Made by a program: the position numbers and the translations under genes
Source: Gemmatimonadales bacterium
Lineage (GTDB): Bacteria; Gemmatimonadota; Gemmatimonadetes; Gemmatimonadales; GWC2-71-9
Direction: 5' to 3'
Assembly (NCBI GenBank): GCA_965249575.1
Contig: OZ252244.1
Span: 2,528,001 to 2,592,000 of the forward strand
DNA: 64,000 nt
Notes under the pieces: model-generated
Database searches by the model: none
What the model was told of the DNA's origin: nothing
What the model saw: only the letters and a program-made list of their open reading frames with translations
In this document: piece by piece, positions 9,778 through 17,797 of the stretch
How the letters are laid out: every line of letters starts with the position of its first letter
How positions within the stretch are numbered: position 1 is the stretch's first letter

Positions 9778-10478
9778 CGGATCTCCTCCGCCGGCCGCTC
9801 TTGGTCGTGGTACTTGTCGAGGAAATCGTTGATGTGGTCGGCGTCCCGCAGGACGTAGTCGAGCCCGTGCTTCCGGATCTTGGCGTGCCAGGGATCGCGG
9901 GCGTTGCCCGTGATCGCCTGAGAGAGCTGCTCGAGCGTGAAGCCGTGGGCCAGCCACTTCCCGACCAGCTTGACTTGTTTCTCGTCCCCAACCTTCCGCC
10001 GACGATGGGTCTGGCCGTAGTGCTGCAGCACGTAATTAATGCCTTCATTGTCTTTACTGCCTTTTCCTATATAATTGTCCGGCCGGTGTCCGGCCTCTGT
10101 CCGGCTAGGTGTCCGGCTAGGTGTCCGGCTCCGCGTACTCAATCGCTGGTAATACTCATAATTGGCAATGAGATAGACTGTTCCCCGCTGTCCGGATCGC
10201 TGTCGCACCAGGTGTCCGGCCTTTTGGGCATTTTCCAGAAAAAGGTGTCCAACGCCCCGCGGCCACTTCCACCGGTCCGCGAACCACCGGACGGAGCCGC
10301 AGATCTCGCCACGGTGCAGCCGCTCGCCGTTCATAGTCTTCCCGTCCTCCCAGGCCGCCAGCTGGAGGAGATCCACCCACGCTTCAAAGGGTGAAAACCG
10401 GCGCCCCCGAGGCCAATAACGGTCTCCGCCGTCGAAGCACTTGCGGCTGATGACGATATAGCCTGGATCATGCCCCAT
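9774..10478 (-). CDS. Phage replication initiator (lambda O-like position)
   Basis: GYIVISRK...AWVDLL...RGE...RWKW N-terminal wHTH; internal iterons. Confidence 0.75.
   Translation of the reverse strand: MGHDPGYIVISRKCFDGGDRYWPRGRRFSPFEAWVDLLQLAAWEDGKTMNGERLHRGEICGSVRWFADRWKWPRGVGHLFLENAQKAGHLVRQRSGQRGTVYLIANYEYYQRLSTRSRTPSRTPSRTEAGHRPDNYIGKGSKDNEGINYVLQHYGQTHRRRKVGDEKQVKLVGKWLAHGFTLEQLSQAITGNARDPWHAKIRKHGLDYVLRDADHINDFLDKYHDQERPAEEIR
10032..10129. repeat. Putative phage origin: AT-rich stretch plus five TGTCCGGC iterons
   Basis: TGTCCGGC at 10076, 10087, 10098, 10110, 10122 next to AT-rich 10032-10075. Confidence 0.75.
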
Positions 10479-10716
10479 CCCTCACACTAAACGCGGCCGG
10501 CGAATGGGCGGCCCCATCCGCGCGTGCCAGAGCGCATGACCGTCCCCGCAGAGCCGTCCCGTCGGCCAGTGCTCACAGTCGGAACCAAACTGCGCGCGAG
10601 GGGCATCATGGTGTTCTTCGGTGCGATCGCCAGGTCATTGCTGAATGTGCTGCACCCGCCTGCCATCGAGCGGAAACGCGTTCCCGCGCATCCACGTTCC
10701 GCGGGATGGCATCCAT

Positions 10717-11145
10717 CTAAAAAGGCAGCCCGGTATCATCGTCAGGGTGCTGCTCGGGATGGCCGTTCCCACTCGGCGGCACGCCGGCCAGCTGTTCCTG
10801 CAACTCGTGCCAACGCGGCCACTGCTTCATGTCGTCCGTCGGCTCGTCATCCCAGATCAAGACCTCGATGTCCTTGAACTTCCCGTTCTTCCCACGCTCC
10901 CACCCCTTGAAGCGACACTTGATGAACTTGCCGACGTCCCGGGGCGTGATCTGCCCGCCGAGGGAGGCCGAGCCCGCCAACCACACCGACTCGCCATCTT
11001 GCTGGACCAGCTCGTAGTTCATCCGACTCGGATACCGCGTATCCTGCGTGACCGCAGCGAGCAGCCCATGGGCTTTGCGCACATGGCCTTCGTCGTCGCC
11101 TAAGATGACGAGGTTGCTCACAGGTTTCCGTTCGTTCCATCCCAT
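10717..11145 (-). CDS. Probable single-stranded DNA-binding protein
   Basis: Beta-rich core and acidic SSB-type tail DDDTGLPF; GGAGGTG RBS. Confidence 0.6.
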   Translation of the reverse strand: MGWNERKPVSNLVILGDDEGHVRKAHGLLAAVTQDTRYPSRMNYELVQQDGESVWLAGSASLGGQITPRDVGKFIKCRFKGWERGKNGKFKDIEVLIWDDEPTDDMKQWPRWHELQEQLAGVPPSGNGHPEQHPDDDTGLPF

Positions 11146-11336
11146 CTTGACACCTCCGGCGTTCGTCCCCATCGTGGGGATGCATGAAGGTTCCTCGGCC
11201 CCGTTCGGTGAACTGCTAGGCACCGGGCGGGGCGCTCTGCGTCAACGAGTTGGCTGACGCCTCAACGGATTGTCTCCCCGCAGGCAATCATCGATCCAGA
11301 GGACCGCGACGGCCGTCACCACGATCCAGAGCAGCG

Positions 11337-11681
11337 TCACGCGACGACCTGCAAGCCCTGCGCGGCGGCGAACGGCGCGATACGGTGCTGAAACGACGTG
11401 GGCCCGAAGCTCGAGACCACCACGGGGATGTCGTCGACGCTCGCGATGACGCCCGTGCGCGGCAGCTGTTCGACTTCGTCCCGCACTTCGAGAAACCCGA
11501 ACACCGTCCACTGCTGCCCGGTCCCACGCATGGCGAGGACGCGCGTCATCCCCTCCGGCACCCCCTGGCCCGTCGCGAAGGCCAAGCTCATCGGTTGCCG
11601 ATTCCGCACCCACCAGCCGTGCGAGCGGAACCAGTGCTCCAACTCGTCCGTGGTGACGGGATGACCCGCGGGACACGTCAT
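11337..11681 (-). CDS. Phage hypothetical protein
   Basis: 114 aa, GGAGGT RBS. Confidence 0.55.
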   Translation of the reverse strand: MTCPAGHPVTTDELEHWFRSHGWWVRNRQPMSLAFATGQGVPEGMTRVLAMRGTGQQWTVFGFLEVRDEVEQLPRTGVIASVDDIPVVVSSFGPTSFQHRIAPFAAAQGLQVVA

Positions 11682-11742
11682 CCAACCACCTCCCAGCGGA
11701 TCGCCTTGACGCTGCCGACGTCGTTCAAGCGATCGCTGGCCT

Positions 11743-12114
11743 TCACGCCGCCTCCTGCAACCGGAACTCGTCCGCCTGCTGCCCCGCCATGCTCCACAGG
11801 TCGATGCCGTGTTCGCGCTGGAAGGTGTGAATCCCCAGCTGATGCTGGAGCGCGTGATGGTGCGCGCAGAGACTCACGGCGCCCCCGAGATCCGTCCCAC
11901 CGGCCCCCCGACTGCGCACATGCGCGACCTGCACCGGCTCCGGCTGGTTGCACTCGGGGATCACACAGCGTTGCGCGCGCAGCCAGATGCGGAATTGTTT
12001 GTGGACACGCTTCGGGAACCGATGCCCGCCCTTCGCCCGCAAGGGGGTGGACCGCGTGGGCGGCTTCCCCGGCCGCAGGGGGGTGGACCGGGGTACCGGG
12101 GTTCCGCGCTTCAC
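11743..12114 (-). CDS. DUF968-like HNH nuclease
   Basis: WLRAQRCVIPEC...AHVRSRGAGG...LCAHHHALQH. Confidence 0.7.
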   Translation of the reverse strand: MKRGTPVPRSTPLRPGKPPTRSTPLRAKGGHRFPKRVHKQFRIWLRAQRCVIPECNQPEPVQVAHVRSRGAGGTDLGGAVSLCAHHHALQHQLGIHTFQREHGIDLWSMAGQQADEFRLQEAA

Positions 12115-12250
12115 GGGGTCCCCGCAAAGCAGCGGTGAGAGTTCCGAGTCGAGGATGCAGTCGTGCGCCTGCAGATTTCGCGACGGCGGCGGTGAAGGAG
12201 TGTCGGGTACGCCGCAGCCGCAGTCGGCGGGAGGGCGGGTAGGTTTGCCG

Positions 12251-12712
12251 TCACCGGCCCACCCCGTGTTGCGCATCGCCCGCCGCCAGCTGGCACCGCA
12301 GCGCATGCAGCGCCCGCAGAATCACCACCCGCCGCTGCTTCCAGTTCGCGTCCGTCGGCGCAAACCCGTACATCGTTTGGCTCACGTCTTCCGCGCCGTC
12401 GGCGCGCTGTTCGGCGATCTCGAGATCCGCCGTGAGCGCGGTGTACTGCTGGTAGTAGCCGTCCCGAATGGCATCCATCCCCAAACACCAGCGATCGGCT
12501 AAGTCGATGCGGCCGGTTTCGACGCAGGCATGCACGACGCGCGTCGTGCGATAGAACCATTCGGGCTGATGTTTCTTGATGGTGGCGGGCGTCATCCGTA
12601 GATCGACCGAAGCGGCCAGGGCCCAGGCGGACGGCAACGACTGGTACGTCACGGCGTGCGGCCGCACCGTGCGGGCCGTGGAGCTTCTGTCGGTGGGCAT
12701 CGAACGCGTCAT
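12251..12712 (-). CDS. Phage hypothetical protein
   Basis: ORF directly after the first early gene. Confidence 0.5.
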   Translation of the reverse strand: MTRSMPTDRSSTARTVRPHAVTYQSLPSAWALAASVDLRMTPATIKKHQPEWFYRTTRVVHACVETGRIDLADRWCLGMDAIRDGYYQQYTALTADLEIAEQRADGAEDVSQTMYGFAPTDANWKQRRVVILRALHALRCQLAAGDAQHGVGR

Positions 12713-12719
12713 GCGGCGG

Positions 12720-12956
12720 CTAGGCTGCCCGATGGCGGACATGCGCGAAGACGGCGTCCCGCACATCAGCCGACTCCACGAAGGCGAGCATCACCATCCG
12801 CACACCGGCGGATTGAGTCCACCCAGAATTGTCCAACGCCGTAACGATCCGCTCCTTTTCGGCGTCAGAGACGGACCCGCCGACCGTCGCTCGACGGCCA
12901 TCGGGCGACTCTTGCTGAACCTGGGACCCAGGCGTAGATAAGACGTTGTCTGGCAC
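12720..12956 (-). CDS. Cro-position small regulator (possibly ribbon-helix-helix)
   Basis: First gene of the leftward operon, divergent from the repressor. Confidence 0.5.
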   Translation of the reverse strand: MPDNVLSTPGSQVQQESPDGRRATVGGSVSDAEKERIVTALDNSGWTQSAGVRMVMLAFVESADVRDAVFAHVRHRAA

Positions 12957-13013
12957 TGGCTTAACCCGCGTTTGTGGCCTGCCTGACGCTAACAGATATA
13001 TGCGCGAGCTAAG

Positions 13014-13041
13014 AATATAGTACTTGCGTTAAGAAAGTCAA
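13014..13041 (-). promoter_or_regulatory. Early lytic promoter in the immunity switch
   Basis: TTGACT-16 bp-TATATT on the minus strand in the AT-rich divergent intergenic region. Confidence 0.65.
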
Positions 13042-13055
13042 CACTCCGGGGAGCG

Positions 13056-13604
13056 GTGCCTGTGGGGATCAGTCAAACCACATTTGCTCGTCGGCTGCGG
13101 GAGCTAGTTGATAGCGTCTGGGCAGGGTGGAAGAAGAAGGACATTGCCCAGAGGGCAGGGGTGAATGCGGTGACGCTGAGTCGCTGGAGGGACCCGAGCT
13201 ACATGAGCGGGCCTCCATCGCAGAAGGACTTGGGCGAGCTGGAACCGGCGCTCGGTCTGGGGAAGGGAACGCTCCTCGCCGACGCGAAGACGTGGAGGGT
13301 AGCGATTAAGCAGCTTAAAATGAGGCGTGACCGGGGTGACCCGAGTCAGCCTAGTGCGCATACCGATTTTGGTCCGGCTTCCGTGGAGCCGACAGCAGGC
13401 CCGTTAGAAGATGGCGGTCCCGAGGACTGGCTGTCGTTTGCACTCCGCTTCGCACGGATGCTGCGGGATCGAGAGGTGGAACTTGACCTAGATGTCCGAC
13501 TCGCCTTAATCAATGTTGCCGAACGAATCTGGAACAAACAGGGCGTGGAGATGGCGGACTACTTTGACGCCCTCCGCGAAGAGCAACGCCGACGCGCTTC
13601 ATGA
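13056..13604 (+). CDS. CI-like XRE HTH repressor
   Basis: FARRLREL...KKDIAQRAGVNAVTLSRW; divergent from early genes. Confidence 0.8.
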   Translation: MPVGISQTTFARRLRELVDSVWAGWKKKDIAQRAGVNAVTLSRWRDPSYMSGPPSQKDLGELEPALGLGKGTLLADAKTWRVAIKQLKMRRDRGDPSQPSAHTDFGPASVEPTAGPLEDGGPEDWLSFALRFARMLRDREVELDLDVRLALINVAERIWNKQGVEMADYFDALREEQRRRAS

Positions 13605-14106
13605 GCGCACCCGGCGCTGTGTCGCGATCTGCTGGGCCCTCGGCACGCTCTATGCCGACGACGTTTGGGCGCCGATATCCGCCTTGGACCTCGAGCTTCT
13701 GCTCGAACGGGCTCACATTCTGGTCGAGCAACTCCCCCTCCACGGCCCCGCCGAGATCGTCTGGCCGGCGATTTGTGGCATCTACTCGATGTTTGTAGAG
13801 CGCATGCAGACTAAAGGCGAGAAAGCCCTGGCCATGCGCCACGGCCTTGGCCACGTCCTGGCCGGCGACCTCACCGATGCTAGCTGTAACCATGACTGCA
13901 GCCACTGGAGCGATTTTGAGGAGGCGGCTGCGGATCTCTTTGCGATGGTTGATCTCATCCCGAAGCGCATGCTCATCGAGTGGCAGGCCGTGTGCGAAAC
14001 GCCGGGCGAGCTTGAGGTCTACGTGGCCGCCGAGCTTCGGCGCTACGTCCCCGACTGGCCCGACGAACGAATCGCCGATCGGGTGATGCTGAGGCTGGCA
14101 CTGTGA
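13564..14106 (+). CDS. ImmA/IrrE-family protein with HGLGH instead of HExxH (start uncertain)
   Basis: Follows repressor; AMRHGLGHVL...EEAAADLFA. Confidence 0.65.
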   Translation: MTPSAKSNADALHERTRRCVAICWALGTLYADDVWAPISALDLELLLERAHILVEQLPLHGPAEIVWPAICGIYSMFVERMQTKGEKALAMRHGLGHVLAGDLTDASCNHDCSHWSDFEEAAADLFAMVDLIPKRMLIEWQAVCETPGELEVYVAAELRRYVPDWPDERIADRVMLRLAL

Positions 14107-15374
14107 GCCGCAAGAGAGCGGTGCGTTATCCGACGACGGTGGTACTGGCAGTTCTCGCATTGGCTTGTTCAGAGAATCCGAGCGCCCCTCCCCAAAGTGG
14201 AGGCGGGGCTAACCCCACCAATCCACCACCACCGGATCCACCACTACTTCCGCCAACAACCAAGACTCTCGAATTCAAGGCGCTCGCCGCAGGGGGCGGG
14301 CACACATGCGCCATCACGCGCGTCGATGAGACCTACTGCTGGGGAGTCAACTTGACCGGTCAGTTGGGGATCGCGGACACGACGATTCAAACCACGCCCG
14401 TTTTTGTGTCTAATGACTTCGGTAGTGTTACCGCAGGCGGAGCACACACATGTGCTATAGACAGCCGCAGTGAGCTCTACTGCTGGGGTGATAACGGCCG
14501 TGGGCAACTTGGACGCGGCTCTTCCGGCATCTTTTCAAGTACTCCGGCAAAGGTCGTACAACTTCCACCGGTATCGAAGGCCGCAGCCTATAGCCAGACA
14601 ACCTGTGCCGTGACCTTGACTGGGGAGGTGTACTGTTGGGGTGACAATATCTGGGGGAAGCTCGGGCTCTCTTTTCTCTGGCCCAACGGAACATTCGAAT
14701 CCGCGGTGCCTGTGCAGATAACAGCCCAAGTCGAGTTCACAGACGTCTCGGTTGGCGCCTATCACGCCTGCGCGCTCGACACGGTAGGTTATGTGCATTG
14801 TTGGGGCTGGGGGTTGCAACTGGGCACTGGAACAGTCAGCAACAGGGAGGTCCTCTCGCCTCTCCCGGTGGCTGGAAACAATCTTTTTACCACAATCAGT
14901 TCTGCGGCCCATACCTGTGGCATCGCTACAAACGGGGATGGATGGTGTTGGGGGGATGACGGTCGAGGGGAAATGGGCAACGGAAATTGGGGTGAGTCGA
15001 CCGGTACACCGACGAAAGTTGTTGGCGCACTCACGTTCACGGGACGCATGGCCACTGGCGGAGGACTCAGCGGCCTTGGTGGGGATCCATATACTTGCGC
15101 CACCACTGCGGGCATGACCGCCTACTGTTGGGGTGGGAACAGTGAAGGCCAATTGGGGAACGGGATTACTACACAGGCGGTGACGACTGAGCCCCGTCTG
15201 GTTGAGGGCAACCACGAATTCACTCGCGTCGTTGCTGGTTACCGACATGCGTGTGCCATCACCCTGACCTACGAAGCGTATTGCTGGGGGCGTAACACGT
15301 GGGGCAACCTCGGCGACAGCACTACAACAGATAGCAACGTCCCGGTGAAGGTCGTGAATGAAGTGGAAGCGTGA
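14103..15374 (+). CDS. RCC1-repeat beta-propeller lipoprotein
   Basis: LALAC lipobox, Pro linker, about 7 AGxxHTC...YCWGxNxxGQLG repeats. Confidence 0.9.
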   Translation: MSRKRAVRYPTTVVLAVLALACSENPSAPPQSGGGANPTNPPPPDPPLLPPTTKTLEFKALAAGGGHTCAITRVDETYCWGVNLTGQLGIADTTIQTTPVFVSNDFGSVTAGGAHTCAIDSRSELYCWGDNGRGQLGRGSSGIFSSTPAKVVQLPPVSKAAAYSQTTCAVTLTGEVYCWGDNIWGKLGLSFLWPNGTFESAVPVQITAQVEFTDVSVGAYHACALDTVGYVHCWGWGLQLGTGTVSNREVLSPLPVAGNNLFTTISSAAHTCGIATNGDGWCWGDDGRGEMGNGNWGESTGTPTKVVGALTFTGRMATGGGLSGLGGDPYTCATTAGMTAYCWGGNSEGQLGNGITTQAVTTEPRLVEGNHEFTRVVAGYRHACAITLTYEAYCWGRNTWGNLGDSTTTDSNVPVKVVNEVEA

Positions 15375-15376
15375 AC

Positions 15377-15405
15377 CAATGACCACGCCGCTCGACGAGC
15401 ACGGC
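15377..15405 (+). repeat. 29-bp direct repeat, copy 1
   Basis: CAATGACCACGCCGCTCGACGAGCACGGC, 27/29 with 16012-16040. Confidence 0.85.
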
Positions 15406-16017
15406 CAACCGATCGCCGGCGGATACAACGCCTGGAGCATCTACCGCCGCTCGATCGACGAGATGCTCGGGCTCTGCAAAGGGGTGATCCTCGACGGCCA
15501 CGTGACGGACAGTGAAGCGGTCGCGCTCGACCAATGGCTCGGGGCGCATGCAGAAGTCACGCAGACATGGCCGGGGAATATTTTGGCCCAACGGCTCCGG
15601 ACTATCTTCGCAAATGCGATCGTCGAGGAGGACGAGCGGGCCGACCTGAAGGACCTGCTAGAGAAGATAACTGGCCCCGATTCCGACTTCACCACGGTCG
15701 GCGGCCAGTCCACCACGCTTCCCCTCGATGAGCCGCCACCGACCATCCTGTTTGACAACTACGCCTTTTGCTTTACCGGCCGGTTCGCCTGGGGCCCGCG
15801 CAAACGCTGTGAGCGGGCCGTCGCGGAGCGGGGGGCACGAGTCCACTCGGCACCCAAGCTCGACACGAACTACTTGGTGATCGGCACGTTTGCCAGTCGG
15901 GACTGGGCGCACGCGAGTTATGGGCGCAAGATCGAGGGCGTGATCAAGCGCCGGATGGATGGCCACGCCTGCGCAATCATCGGCGAGCGGCATTGGGCCG
16001 AGGCGCTGGAGCAATGA
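15379..16017 (+). CDS. TerB-like + BRCT domain protein
   Basis: LGLCKGVILDGHV...WP; FCFTGRF...YLVIG...SYGRKIE...IIGERHW (BRCT). Confidence 0.8.
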   Translation: MTTPLDEHGQPIAGGYNAWSIYRRSIDEMLGLCKGVILDGHVTDSEAVALDQWLGAHAEVTQTWPGNILAQRLRTIFANAIVEEDERADLKDLLEKITGPDSDFTTVGGQSTTLPLDEPPPTILFDNYAFCFTGRFAWGPRKRCERAVAERGARVHSAPKLDTNYLVIGTFASRDWAHASYGRKIEGVIKRRMDGHACAIIGERHWAEALEQ

Positions 16018-16040
16018 CCACCCCGCTCGACGAGCCCGGC
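16012..16040 (+). repeat. 29-bp direct repeat, copy 2
   Basis: CAATGACCACCCCGCTCGACGAGCCCGGC. Confidence 0.85.
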
Positions 16041-16169
16041 AGGACCGGCCCCACGGATCCTGAGCCGCCACCGGGCCCACCGCGCCCACCGCGCCCGGAT
16101 TTCCCCGACCACAAGGGTGAGCCCCCGTGGCCCCGGCCGCAGCCGCCTACGCCAAGGCCAGAACGGTGA
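16014..16169 (+). CDS. 51-aa proline-rich peptide
   Basis: ATGA overlap with BRCT gene stop; 21/51 Pro. Confidence 0.5.
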   Translation: MTTPLDEPGRTGPTDPEPPPGPPRPPRPDFPDHKGEPPWPRPQPPTPRPER

Positions 16170-16629
16170 GCGCCACGACTTCCACGGCCAGCGCGCGCAG
16201 GGCCTGCCAGAACGCGTCGCGTTTCCGGCGGTAGGCCACGAGGTTGTCGCGGTGCTGCTCGGCCATGTACTCCATGCGGTAGAGCTGGTACGCCGCAGGC
16301 TGGAGCGTCAACCAGTCGGTGCGGAGTAGTTCCTTCGGATGGAGCAACCGCCATTCGATCGGCCGCAGGGCCCGGAACGCACCGACCGCGACGACGATCC
16401 ACGCGACCAAGGCGATGGCAAGCGCCCCCCACGCCACGGGGGTCAGGAGCGCGCCGCGAATCGCCGGCACCACGCCCATGACCAGTGCCCCCATGCCAAA
16501 CACCGCGGCCGCTTTCGTGTCCAGGTGCTCACTCCAGCGTTCGAGCAGGTCGAGCGCGCCGGCGATGTCGAGGGCGGCGACGCGCAGCGTGTCGGCGTCC
16601 AGGGTCAACGGATTGAGTTCAGTCTGCAT
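16147..16629 (-). CDS. Multi-TM membrane protein, Pycsar-effector (DUF5706)-like
   Basis: LDTKAAAV + 2 TM + Y...N...KR + terminal TM; own TATACT -10 and AGGAGG RBS. Confidence 0.55.
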   Translation of the reverse strand: MQTELNPLTLDADTLRVAALDIAGALDLLERWSEHLDTKAAAVFGMGALVMGVVPAIRGALLTPVAWGALAIALVAWIVVAVGAFRALRPIEWRLLHPKELLRTDWLTLQPAAYQLYRMEYMAEQHRDNLVAYRRKRDAFWQALRALAVEVVALTVLALA

Positions 16630-16888
16630 GGGGCAACCTCCTGCCCTAGTATAACGACGCCCCCTACCGGGCGCGGGGGCTCCCCCCGCCCGTGACCGCG
16701 GCCACGAGCTGAAAGGCCTTCAGCTGTTCCTCGGGCTCCCGGTTGCGCCGCATCAAGTCGAGCGCCACCACGACGGGCCCCGGCAATAAGTTCCTGGCCC
16801 ACCACTTGCTCTGCTTTGGATCCACCCTTCCGCTTAGTGGGTATTGATAGCAGGTTCGGAGGACGATAAGAGGAAGAGGAAGGGCTAC

Positions 16889-17140
16889 ATGGACGAGCAG
16901 GTGCCTGACGGATATACGGATGCTGTCCAGATGAACGTTTCGCCGTTCGGGGTGACGATGCCCTCTACTACCGCACGAGTGCCGGACGTGATGACCGTCC
17001 CACCACTTCGCATCCCCGTCCAGATTGATTACAAGCTGCAAGAAGTCGTCGATTCTGTGATGCGCGGGATTGAGGAAGCGCGACTGAATCAGGGTGAGTT
17101 CATGACAGACGCCGATCTGCGAACGGACGACGACGAGTAG
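16889..17140 (+). CDS. Small acidic antitoxin-like protein, possibly chimeric
   Basis: C-terminus SVMRGIEEAR...GEF resembles antitoxins; coupled to a toxin remnant. Confidence 0.45.
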   Translation: MDEQVPDGYTDAVQMNVSPFGVTMPSTTARVPDVMTVPPLRIPVQIDYKLQEVVDSVMRGIEEARLNQGEFMTDADLRTDDDE

Positions 17141-17241
17141 TGCCGAGGCCGTACAGACTCAAACTGACGCCGTCGGCGACTGCCCAACGTGATCGACTGG
17201 AACGGACCGACCCGAAGCGACACAAGAAACTACTCCCCTAG
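17140..17241 (+). pseudogene. Truncated RelE/ParE-like toxin N-terminus
   Basis: GTG overlapping upstream stop; YRLKLTPSATAQRDRLE...KKL, stop at codon 34. Confidence 0.5.
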
Positions 17242-17256
17242 ACTCAGGAGGTACCG

Positions 17257-17751
17257 GTGTCTTCGTCCCTTCGTTTGCTCGTCGCGCTCCTCGCGCTCCC
17301 CACCCTTGGTTGCGGGGTGATCTTCAACGGCACCCGCCAGAACGTGCACGTCACGTCTAGTCCCAACGGAGCGACGGTCAGCACCAATCCCACGACCGCG
17401 GAGTACCGCACGCCCGCCTCCCTCAACCTTGAGCGGAAGAACACCTACACCCTAACGCTCTCAATGGACGGCTACTCGTCCGCCACCTTCGAAGTCGGGA
17501 AGCACCTGCAGGGTGGAATCCTGGCGCTGGATATTCTCTTCACGGGCCTCATCGGGGTGATTGTCGACGCCGCGACGGGCTCGTGGTTCTCGCTCAAACC
17601 GGAGACCGTGAACCTGACGCTGGAACGCGTCGCCTTTGATGGGGGTGGACCCGCGACGATCGAGGTGCTTGTGCGCACCGACGTGGACGACGCCGACTTT
17701 CGGATCGAGTCGTCTGTGCCCGGGGTCACCGTCGAAGTGGAGACACACTGA
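17257..17751 (+). CDS. PEGA-domain lipoprotein
   Basis: TLGC-GVIFNGTRQNVHVTSSPNGATV...VDAATG; AGGAGG RBS. Confidence 0.75.
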   Translation: MSSSLRLLVALLALPTLGCGVIFNGTRQNVHVTSSPNGATVSTNPTTAEYRTPASLNLERKNTYTLTLSMDGYSSATFEVGKHLQGGILALDILFTGLIGVIVDAATGSWFSLKPETVNLTLERVAFDGGGPATIEVLVRTDVDDADFRIESSVPGVTVEVETH

Positions 17752-17797
17752 GGACCGGCGAGCGGGTGGAGGATCGGGTGACGCTGAGGTTGGCGTT

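Noticed and set aside
10076..10129. Short regular repeats as a possible CRISPR array
   Set aside because: 8-bp units with 3-4 bp gaps, no spacers and no cas genes; they fit iterons
12040..12095. Repeat GGGGGTGGACCG in the HNH gene
   Set aside because: Explained by the peptide repeat RSTPLR
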